This document shows, in pieces, positions 28,178 to 39,133 of a DNA stretch of 64,000 nucleotides. The translations under genes and the position numbers were made by a program. The first letter of the stretch is position 1. Each line of letters starts with the position of its first letter. Where the stretch lies: NCBI RefSeq assembly GCF_006345805.1, contig NC_042997.1:185070001-185134000 (forward strand), in the 5' to 3' direction. The notes beneath the pieces were generated by a model. It saw only the letters and a program-made list of their open reading frames with translations, was not told the origin of the DNA and did no database searches. The stretch comes from Octopus sinensis (lineage: Eukaryota).

Positions 28178-28773
28178 TTTAATTCCTATTTATTTCGAAT
28201 TCCAGTGTCACGAGCAACTGTATTTTTGTATTGAACGACCGTGTTTGCCTCATACGTGCTTTTGAGTCTTAATGGTAATGATTCGTGGTTTATGTGTCAT
28301 GACTAGAAATTTTTAGTCACGGAAGAAATGTATAAAAAGTAATCGATACTCTTACAAATCGAAGTAAACTTTTCAATTATATGCGTTTTCTACTGAGGAC
28401 ATATCAGAAATTAAATACCAAACGCAATACAGTATTTTATTTCGCCAGGTTTTAATTAAATCTCTCTTTAATTTGTCTCTTAGCCTTAAAAGAAAACATA
28501 TAAATGCATTATGAATAATTTATTTGACAATACTTAATACTTAGAGCCGGCCCAAGGATTTCTTGCGGCTCCTAATCGGTTCATTTCCGTAACTTTGTAA
28601 TTACAGTGTATTATTTATTCAATTTTGTTTTCACAAGAAGAAAAAACTCTAAGTATAAGAATAAATTGTTTAGTTCAGTATAACAAGCAGAAGAGAACAA
28701 GGTATCAACGTTTCACTATAACTAGAAAAGAGAAACTTTACCTACATTATCGAACATAATTAGAAGCAGTTTT

Positions 28774-29167
28774 GGATCTTTTCGGTTTGACCGGCAGTTT
28801 TTGCTAGCGGTGTCATATGAAATTGTCACCCATACTTATGACCCTAGTATTAGGGTTAGGGTTAGGGGTGGGAGGAAGGGTATCTTTTTTTCTTCACAAA
28901 TGTAAATAAACCCAATCTGTTTCTTAAACGAGGGACATATTCATATGGCACAGAATGTTTTCACCTCAATAGACGTCATTGATTGGTTGAAATTGCAGAA
29001 ATTGAAGAAAAAACAACAACAAATATATTACAAACTATAGAATTTTCTCAATAAAGCCAAGAGAAAAAGATGTTTTATAAACACATTCTACCAGTATACG
29101 AAGTTTAAAAGTGTTTAGTTACGTGGAAATTATAAAAAAAAAACTGCCGATCAAACCGAAAAGATCC
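28774..29167. mobile_element. 394-bp MITE with about 28-bp TIRs and an 8-bp TSD (Merlin- or hAT-type)
   Basis: TIRs GGATCTTTTCGGTTTGACCGGCAGTTTT / AAAACTGCCGATCAAACCGAAAAGATCC; TSD GCAGTTTT at 28766-28773 and 29168-29175; (TTAGGG)3 at 28850-28867. Confidence 0.85.
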
Positions 29168-29502
29168 GCAGTTTTGTTATAAACAATGGGTAATAGAAAA
29201 ATGTTTGATATTCCGGAGGTTGTCGTTGCTCCCTCATATTGTTTTTTATTTAATTTCAAGTTTTATTCTTACATTTATCCTTTAGAATTTGAAAAACGCC
29301 TAAACATATGTTATGGTTCTCTCCAGCGTGTAGCTCACGGTCGACTTAACAAATTGTCGGTATCTTCAATTGGCCCTGTTCTTACCTGCTAAACTTTTCT
29401 CCGTTACCACTTTCTTTAAAAAAAAATGTATACCAATAATATACAAGCATTAGTTCTATACTCTATACCAATTCTCTTCAAACATTTTGGCCGTGTTCCG
29501 AG

Positions 29503-32465
29503 TCAAATGAAATCGTTATCTAAATTTACTGGAATTTTCAACTTCCTTAATGTTAGAAAAACATCTGAAATGAATCAAATGTGTGTAGATAAGGAACAAT
29601 TTCTTTTGTGATAAGATGAGCTCCAGAAAATTTAATGTATACAGAATTCACGCTATTGCTCCAAATGCTCATAAAATAAATGCTATTCTTTAAATAATTT
29701 ACTAAATTAATCGCATCGACTTAGTACATCACCATTCATTCTGAAAACGCAGTTTCCTTTCAATATTGTTTTCCCCCAAATACTAGTTGTTCATTGATGC
29801 TTTTATTTAGTAGGAAATTGTATAATGAAATTCATTGTAATTTACACTAGCTTTTTTCTTTTGTAACCGTTATGCTCTCTTGTTTTATCTTTCTAAACAA
29901 TAGTAGCTGAGTTAACAAATAACAAAAAACAACAACAACAAAAACATATATTCTATGCATAATAAACTCTAAAACTATTTTCTGTGGTTCAAAGCCAACT
30001 TATATAGACTTTGCCAGCACTCTAATATCGATAATATTTAAAATGAAATCGGTGACTTGCACGAAAGTGAAATATTCTATTGATCTGTTATTTTCGGAAC
30101 ACTTCAATGGTTTGCAGTCACAGGCACAACTTCTGACAACCTTATTCCGAATAACATTACCTGCGTTAGATTGGAATGATATTAGTTTCCAAATAAAATT
30201 ATGAAGTTGCCTGACACAGAGAATAAAAAGCAAAAATAGTACATTTTGAAATACCTATATGGAATCAGTTTTATTTGCACTTCGTAAATATAATAATTAA
30301 TTGAATACACAAGTTAGATTTTCATACAGATCGCATTAGAGGTAGATGCGAGGTCTGTTTAACATTTGAGAATTTTGATTGTCAGTGTGTTTAGCAGATA
30401 TTATTAATACAATAGTTTAAAATATACAAAGTTATGCCAATATTTTAATAACTTGAAATTCTATTTTGTTTATTTTTTCACTTCTACATAGTTCCTCTCT
30501 TCGTCGAAATTCTGGTATGAGATGAACGTTAGCTGTAACACTTTGCCGATGGTGTGTATCACATATGACACACGATATATTTCCGTGCCGTCCACACATC
30601 ATATATCTTACACATTCTGAATTTGCTTTCGACCACGAGGGTAACTTGGATCTTGTGAAAAGAAAGCTGTAATTTACTCAAACCGTATGAAAAAAAAAAG
30701 GCTAAGTAAAAATGCCTGAAAAGAAGCAGGAATTTTTAGGGGAATTTATGGAAATGTTTTGGACAGGCAAATAATTAATTGCGGATTTATATTAGTTCAT
30801 ATAATCTAAGAATCCATCAAACTCACTGCGTGAAACATAACCGTAGTTACCTTCCGTACATGCTAAATCATTGAAAATATTATTAGGTATTGATTAATTC
30901 TATTTTTCTTTACTGCATAATTATTTCTCGTTGGCATATAAATGATCCATCCTCAAAACTATTAGCATCAACTTAACCAAATAATTATTTGTTTTTGACT
31001 GTCAGGAAAAAGTTGTAATTCAAAATATGAATATGTTTCTCTATTTCCAGTTATTAATTATTCTGATAGAATAAATCATGGTTGAACAAAAATGAACTTG
31101 ACCCTGGGGATACTACCTTATTTAGTTTGCATGTAGACAGCAATTTGTTCCATGATTTACTGAGTTAAGAATTAACAAATAATAATTATGGGTGTCAAAA
31201 TGTTTGAAGGAGGAAAAGAGTACTAAATAAGCTTTCTAATATCCCTAGAGTGAATACAAGCCTCAGTAACTTTAGTTATTAAGTTTCTTTTAACTCAGAT
31301 TATTATTTTCGCTTGGTTGATTTACTAGTTAGACCCGACCCAGGACACACCCTTTTATTTGGATCGGATTAGTATTTTGTCAAGTGTTTTTCTACCCAAG
31401 AAATACATTTTGAAATCTGTACTTTTTTCTTTTAGACTGGTAATGTACCATTTAGATATTGAGGCACTACCAACCGACGAGATTTCTTGAAATAGTATTA
31501 CTCTATGCTTAACGCTTCTCCGAAACTGTTTCAATGTTACACAAGGCAGAAAGTACTGAATTCCGTTTCATAAAGCAGATTTCTACATATATATTTGGAT
31601 ATCAGTAAGAATCAATCATTTATCGCAGGTTAGATGATATAACTGCATGCATGAGTATTTAGTTCCAAACTATACCGGGTGCAATTGTTTCATTCCATGT
31701 ATGAACAGAACCCTTAATTCACCTACCTTTTAGTAAAATGCAGAAATATTTGAAGTGTTTGCTGCGAGAGACTGATTGAAAAAGCACCACTCACTCGCCT
31801 AGTGCAACATGGAAATAAAAGAATTTGAAATGTAAAGGGACCTGCGTTTTCGGTGAAATAACATGGCGTCTCTATGATAGTTTTTTAAACTATATATCCT
31901 ATGTTAAAACTTTCACCCATGCTGCTTTCTTGAGAGAATGATGGCTATTTAATGCAGCTGTTAAAGTTCCAGCTTTATATGTGTGTCTGGTTGTTTACTT
32001 CCTTGCTCAATGACACAAAATACTTCACTTAATATGGGCTCGCAATTTATCCTACTAAAGAAAAGCATCTGTCTTGCCGCAAGGTAAACTTCAGTACAGA
32101 AAAATGCTTGATGTTTCCGGTTAACTGCATCGACGAGCAGGTACATTGCATGTGTATATCTATGATAATTATAAAATACCGACATAACCATTTACATATA
32201 AATTCCACCGAGATACATCCATGTGCGTATATGTGTGTGTGTGTGTGAGTGTTTGTATATTAATCTGAAATTCCGCACCGATATCTTAAAACATTCATTT
32301 GGAAAACTAACATTATTTCCGATATATTACGCCCTCTTTCGCTTCTTTTTCCGCTTGAACTCTTCCATGAAAGCCCAGTCGCTAAAGCGAATGGCATTAC
32401 TCCTTACCGTAACTCGTGACATCTTGTTTTTTATCGGATGGAAGTGTGGCCAAATTAAACGTCAT
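29503..32465 (-). CDS. Speculative four-exon host coding chain, product unknown
   Basis: Exons 32465-32408, 30651-30612, 30210-30161 and 29564-29503 have GT-AG sites and compatible phases (1,2,1). They lie in a nearly repeat-free zone; no recognisable homology. Confidence 0.2.
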
Positions 32466-33404
32466 CCAAGATTTGTCGAGAACTTCACTTGACAGTTGAC
32501 GTATGATAACAAGGTCATAAACTAAATATATTTGTTTTATATGCTTAATATCTTTTCTAATTAACCCCCTTCCATTGCGCATGTTTTCTTTCGCATCAAG
32601 CGCTTCTCAAAATAAATAAATAAATAAATAAATTATAAATAGTCATACGTACCTACATTGCCGCTTCCATACATACAGAAAAATAAAACCAGTAACATAT
32701 ACATGCGCGCACATATAGTTGTATGCATATATAAAACAAAGTAATACTAGCCTTCCATCCATTCTTAGTGTTTATACCCTTTCTAGTTCGTTTAGGTACT
32801 CTAAAGACGTCAAGAATTCCTGAACTAAAGGTGAAAGAAAAATACACAAAATATATTTTCAGCTTGCTAATCTTTCATGATTGGTATTGGTTCTGATGTT
32901 GTGACTACTGTTGTTGTTATACTGATAATACAATTCCTTTCTCCACCACCGTCTTCTTCCGTTATGCCTTCCTTCCCTTTTTCTTCCGTCAACATCTCTC
33001 ATTCTATTTCTCCCTTGTAATTTACACTGGCTTTTTTTTCTTTATGGTTCTCTCACTAACTCAGACCTGAATATAATCTAATGAATTTATAATTATTTCT
33101 TTACTAAGAAATATGTCTCCATGTTAACACTCTTATTCATACTATAATCATCCATGTACTTTAAAATTCAAGTTCAATGTGACACTGTCTTCTTCTTCTT
33201 CTTGTTCTTCTTCCTCATCTTCTTCCTCATCTTCTTCTTCATCTTCTTCTTCTCGCTTCTAAGTTTATTTCGGATATATATACAGTATATATATAATAAT
33301 AATCATAATAATAATAATAATCATAATAATAATAATAATAATAATATATAAATATATGCATATATACATACATATATGTACATATATATGTATATATACA
33401 TGCA

Positions 33405-33800
33405 TATATGGGTACAGGCCATAAAAACGTTGAACACAATGAGAAACGAAAACATAAAAGCATAGGAACGAACTTTTTTCAAACAACGAAAAAAACAACG
33501 AAAAACGAGACATACAACACAAGGAATATTCCGCTTCTTCAGTTGTCCCTGTTTCATCTACTCCGCGTCCCGAAGGTAAGGACAAGACGCGACTCCGTTG
33601 AAACAGTCCTTCACGCAAAGCAAATTAAATAACATTTGGGATTTTTTGCGGAGGGTGAAACTGGTAAAAAGAACAGGACAGTGAGAACAAAACAGTAAAA
33701 ATAGTAAAAGACAGAACTATGAGAACAAAACAATAAAAACAAACGATGAGGGCTGTTAAGTCAAGACGATGGAAAAATTATTCTGAACGCTTAAGAGACG
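33405..33800. repeat. Probable interspersed repeat between microsatellites, class unknown
   Basis: Recognised only as resembling octopus repeats; single copy in this window. Confidence 0.3.
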
Positions 33801-35569
33801 AACTTATGAAGATACAAGATAAACTGGTTTAGTCTTGGTGAAGGTAGTAGTCGGAAAGATGGCTTCCCTCTCATCACGTGTCAGCGACGAGAGAGTCGAG
33901 GAGGAGGAATCAGAGAGAGGGAATGGTGAAGGGGAGAGGAGAAGGATAAGGAAGGGTGGGAGAGAAACCCAGAAAGGAAAAAGAACAAGAGAGGGAGAGA
34001 GATAGACAGAGAAGAGATAATATATATAATACTTAAATAACATACAATTGTATTGCAAGAAGTGCGGTTGCGTTATGTCAATAATCAGATTGCAGGAGTG
34101 CAACAAAACATTTTGGAGCTTCGTAAACGACAATGCTAGTAAGAAATACACGAAAGTGAAGCAGCAATTTTTAATTTCGCTTTTTAAGTTGCTAGAATAA
34201 CGCTTTTACGAGAAATTGTATCTGTCTATAGCTATACAGCAAAATGTATTTTCTTTGTTTTATGTCTTTCGCAGAGTCTTTGTGCCTCTGGAGTGATGTT
34301 ACCTTAAAAAAATAATAAATGCTCCCACGTACAAAGTATCACATTTTATTAAATAGCAGTAAACGATGAGAATAGATAAAAAAAATACGCTTACATGCTC
34401 CCTTCCCGAAAAAGAAACAACGAAACAGAAATAAAGAATTCTATTATAAAACAGTAGAACGGAAGTATTTCATATATGACACTCAAATCTGATAAACTGT
34501 ATTGGACAAAAGTAAATCATGTATATTCTGCAACACAAGATACTGGAAACCTTATAATATAAATTCTATTTATCAGATATGATTTGCTTCCATTTCTGGC
34601 ATAGGAGATTACAAAAACAAAATTTCTTCAGTGGATTTGAATACAAATTATTTATTTTTAAAATAGGTGCCATTGAAAGAAAATAAAACAAGTACATAAG
34701 TATATATATTTAGTAATTTCTTTTATGTAATTCTCGTTATATCAGAAAATGTATCTCTAGCCTTGAGCCATCGCGTAAACCTTTGAATCAAAGGCAAGTA
34801 TGAAAGATGTACAGTTATGTGTAATTACACCGCTTTTCATATTTATAGATGCTGGATTTACTCGAGGATGAAAGAAATGCTTATTGCATTTTATTTTGGT
34901 TTAGTGAAGGAAAGCACATTCGGAAAAAATTTAGAACTGGTATATATAATCAATATTTGATTCAAAGTTTTATGTAGAACCAAGCAATACTTACAGTTCT
35001 ATATTAGTTTTCTGTTTAATATGCATTATGATTATCAGGTTTTTTTTCGAAGAATTTTGTATCCTTAAGATACTTAAAATACAAACGGAAGGGGATAATA
35101 GAAATATAAAATGATCGGACAAGAAGTCTTTCGTTACATCCCTTTATGTACTGATTTTGAATCACACCGAGTTCTATCTACATTTTTAAAATTCCAGGAT
35201 AAACAAAGTCTTAGTACCTGACACGTACTCAGATCAATTAAGTCGGCTGTAGTCCAACCAAAATCTGTGGCTTTTGTCAATTTTAGAAATCAATATTTGC
35301 AAACCAAGTTGCTTTCTAGTTCAATAAGAGCGTAATTGTCTATCAGACGTTCTTCCTCTTCCTAAATACAAGTCAGGATGTAGTAGTCGCAAACTGTGCA
35401 ATATGTGTTGTCGCAATGAGACAAAAGTTACTCAGTCTTCCACTTCATGAATTCAGATAATCAACACTGAAAAGCAGTGAAATAACCAAGCTTTCACGAT
35501 ATCTGTGACAAACCCGTGCATATGGTAATGCATCGTGTTTTCAACAAAATGAAGCATAGTATATATAAT

Positions 35570-35869
35570 ACTTCTTCTACGCCTTTTTCAAGCCTAGCCA
35601 GGCTCATGGGCCCGGTTTCCCGGTTTCTGTGGCGTATGTCTTCCCCCCCGCTGGAAGGTACGCCAGTCCATCGCAGCGTTACTCAAGAAACAGGAAAAGA
35701 GAATGAGAGAAAGTTGGGGCGAAAGAGTACAATAGGGGTCGCCCCCACCCTGCCGGAGCCTTGTGGAGCTTTTAGGTGTTTTCCTTCAATAAATACAAAC
35801 AACGCCCAGTCTGGGGATCGAAACCGCGATCCTCCGACCGCAAGTCCGCTGGGCCATTGCGCCTCCACA
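35570..35869 (-). mobile_element. SINE-C (tRNA-derived; possibly octopus OR-type)
   Basis: Head GTGGAGGCGCAATGGCCCAG..GGACTTGCGGTC..GGTTTCGATCCCC; body CTGCGATGGACTGGCG; tail GAAACCGGGCCCATGAGCCTGGCTAGGCTTGAAAAAGGCG. Confidence 0.75.
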
Positions 35870-36087
35870 TATATGATACAGTGGATTAGTAAATCAAATA
35901 GAGTTGTTTCACTATGGAGCTGAGGTCTATTCTATTGGGGCTTACTTAGAAAAACAACACATTAACAAGAAATAAACAATTAAAAAATTATCGAGTGGTG
36001 TATCTATCAAAATACGAGTGTAATTTGCCACTGACACAACGGTCAATTAATGGTCACAACACAAATCTCTTCCTGCGTTCTGTACTT

Positions 36088-36652
36088 ATATATGTAGTGA
36101 TCGTGATACACACCACGAAGAAATGAGCAAGCTCAATAACGATCTGTTAAGCAATAACTACCCCAAATATACTGTCCACAGTCTGTCTACCTTATGTGAA
36201 AGGCATCTCCGAAAAGATATGAAAGATATGCGGCCCATATGACATCAGGACAGAATTCAAGAGTAATACAGCACTTCGCAAATATCTCCTTCGAGTAAAA
36301 CCACCAATAAAAGGGAATATGACCAAAGACTGCGTGTACTCCATCCCATGCGGCTGTGGTAGGTTATACAAAGGCGAAACATGACGCCCCTTCAAAATAA
36401 GAGTAGTCGAACATCGCCGGGAGATATTGATAAATCGGCTATAGCTGATCATGTAAGGAAAAACGGAAACCACCTCCCCTTTGGGATGAAGTTAAAATAA
36501 TAGACATAGAACACCACAGGAAAATACGAGAACTAAAAGAAGCAGCACATATGCTCGGACACAACAATCTCCTAAGCAGACCGAGTGCAGATATAAGCAG
36601 CATATGGGAACTGGTATTAAGGAAGGATAGAAAAATATTAAATTTATAAGCT
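36088..36652 (+). mobile_element. Penelope-like element, C-terminal GIY-YIG endonuclease relic
   Basis: VCLPYVKGISEKI*KIC..KDCVYSIPCGCGRLYKGET*RPFKIRVVEHR / KSAIADHV..WDEVKIID..RELKEA; stops and frameshifts. Confidence 0.85.
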
Positions 36653-36745
36653 CTAAAATTCACTCTATAATTGCCCACGGGCATATGGCTACTAACCCCA
36701 AAATTCCGAGTCCGATTCCAAGCAGTGACCTGAATAATAATAATG

Positions 36746-36806
<61 letters not shown>

Positions 36807-36807
36807 T

Positions 36808-36877
<70 letters not shown>

Positions 36878-37385
36878 TCGAAAAATACCTTAGGAATGAG
36901 AACCCAGGTTCGAAATTTCCCAAGACACCTGATGAAGCCAAACTGTTGTGTTAATAACAAACAAGATAAGGAGAAATATCCGTCAAATGTAAATAATGTA
37001 AATAATGTAAATAATATACTTTATATCCTAAGTTGAAACCGGATTGGGACTTACTTTGCTTTTCATGATTTTTGTTTATGAGTTCGGTGTTCAGTTTCAT
37101 GGGTAGGGTTGGGCTTGATTTAATGGCTGTATCGATTTGATATCGTAGTAGTATCCCATTTGTTAATCATACTTACAGCTATTTAGGGAGTTAGAATCTG
37201 ATCGTCGCTGGAGTATAGTTCTGTTGAATAATGCGAGATTGTAGAATCTTCCATTTCAGTTATGGCTTTATACAGAAACATACATAACCGTTTCCTTTAT
37301 TCATGATGTAAAGTTTGTATCATTTTGCAGTTGACAGATTCTAGTTTCGCTGAGGTAAAATATCTGGCTTCTTTATTCGGTAGGT

Positions 37386-37582
37386 TTTACTCTTTTACTC
37401 TTTTACTTGTTGCAGTCATTTGACTGTGGCCATGCTGGAGCATCGCCTTTAGTCGAGCAAATCGACCCCAGGACTTATTCGTTGTTAGCCAAGTACTTAT
37501 TCTAAGTTACCGGGACGAAAACACACCAGCATCGGTTGTCAAGCATGTTGGGGGGGGGGCAAACACAGACACACAAAGATAT

Positions 37583-37600
<18 letters not shown>
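37386..37600 (-). mobile_element. SINE-A 3' half
   Basis: Tail and central segment with a short internal deletion. Confidence 0.85.
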
Positions 37601-37609
<9 letters not shown>

Positions 37610-37613
<4 letters not shown>

Positions 37614-39085
37614 ACGGGAAGCTTTATGAAAATAGACAAAAGACGAAGGCAGGTGGAAAACAAACAAACAATTGTATTAGTATGGCGCTCAGGAAATATA
37701 AATAAAACAAGTCTTTAACGTTTCTAGCCTACGCTCTTCAACAGAAAGATACACAGAGAGAAAAAAAACACAGAAAGAAGGAGAGAAAAAAAATGCGTGC
37801 AGTAACTAACGAATCAACATGGCGATCTGATTTCGGCCAGAAGTCAAAGATCAAACATGAGACGCGAGAGCGAAATTAGGGGAGATAATAGGGTTGAGTG
37901 ACTAGCTCCAACATAAGGGTGTGTGTGTGTGTGTGTGTGTATGAGAGAGTATTAGTGCGTATGAGAGGTCTGGACGTGTGTATGTATAGGGTTGGTGTAT
38001 GTATTAGTATGTATTAGTATGTATTAGTATGTATTAGTACGTATTAGTATGTATAAGGGTGTGTGTGTGTGTGTGTGTGTATGAGAGAGTATTAGTGCGT
38101 ATGAGTGCGTATGAGAGGTCTGGACGTGTGTATGTATAGGGTTGGTGTATGTATTAGTATGTATTACTATGTATTAGTATGTATTAGTATGTATTAGTTG
38201 GTGTATGTATTAGTATGGCATATCATATATGATGTGATGTGTAAAGTCGTGTGGTGTAGTGTGGAGAGAGGAGAAGAGGGAGAGGGGGAGAAGAGGGGAG
38301 GAGAGTGGGAGAGAGAGGAGGGGAGAAGGAAGGGGAGGAGGAGGGGAGGAGGAAGTAGGAAAGAGGGAGAGGGGGAGAGAGAAGGGGGAGAGAGAAGGGG
38401 GAGAGAGAAGGGGGAGAGAGAAGGGGAAGAGGGAAGGAGGGAGGGAGAAAGAGGGAAGAAGGGAAGGGGAGTAGGGGTGAAAGGATGAAGGACTGAAGAA
38501 GTAGGGGTAGGGGGGAAAGGTAGGTGAGGAGGGGGAGAGGGGGGTTAGATGAGGAGGGGGAGAGTTGAGACCAAATGGCGTATAAGAGCGAAGAGAGAAG
38601 ATTAATTCCTGTTCACGGCGCAAACGGGAATCCGGATGGCCTCTGTGTAAGGACAAACCGAACACAGATAGGTGTTGCAAGGAGTGACCGGTGGAGCGGA
38701 AATGGCGAGAGACCGGTGTGTCGTTCGCAAGGTGGATGTCACGAAGGTGTTCCCGAACCGGTCAGCCAAGCGGCGTCCCGTTTGTCCGATGTACAAGGAA
38801 TGGCAGAGAGAGCAAGAGACGCAATAGATAATATTGCTGGAGGTGCAGGTGAAGGAGTGGATGATGGGTGCTAGTGAGGAGGGTGGTGTTGGAGAGGTAA
38901 GGGCAAGTGCGGCAACGTGGGCGGGAGCAGGGGAACGAGCCGGGTTGGGAGGTAGGGTCAGGGAAGGAGCTATGGACCAAAAGGTCTCGAAGGTTGTGGG
39001 CTCGTTTGAAAGAGGGGAGGGGTCGGTTAGGGAAGAGGTGTGAAGTGGACGGGTCGGACTGGAGATGACGGAAAGCTCGATGTAT
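37610..39085 (-). mobile_element. Penelope-like element 3' portion: GIY-YIG relic (39085-38530), simple-repeat-rich tail and P1 terminal repeat
   Basis: FKRAHNLRDLLVHS..PCSRPRCRTCP / NIIYCVSCSLCHSLYIGQTGRRLADRF / RLRREQELIFSL..PFGLN, followed in the same orientation by P1 at 37610-37830. Confidence 0.75.
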
Positions 39086-39133
39086 CATTATGTATGTACG
39101 TATGTATGTATGCATGTATGTATGTATACATAT

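Noticed and set aside
28850-28867. Telomere or chromosome-fusion scar
   Set aside because: Only three units, and they are internal to a TIR element.
30000-30233. ORF containing VVRSCACDCK, resembling a cystine-knot/TGF-beta end
   Set aside because: Too short a match; the segment begins at a good donor site (CAG|GTAATG), so it is more likely intronic.
34250-34330. Strong plus-strand acceptor followed by a short ORF and AATAAA
   Set aside because: No upstream exon identified; such motifs are frequent in AT-rich DNA.
36730-36880. CRISPR-like or designed periodic arrays
   Set aside because: Simple trinucleotide repeats without spacers; eukaryotic context.
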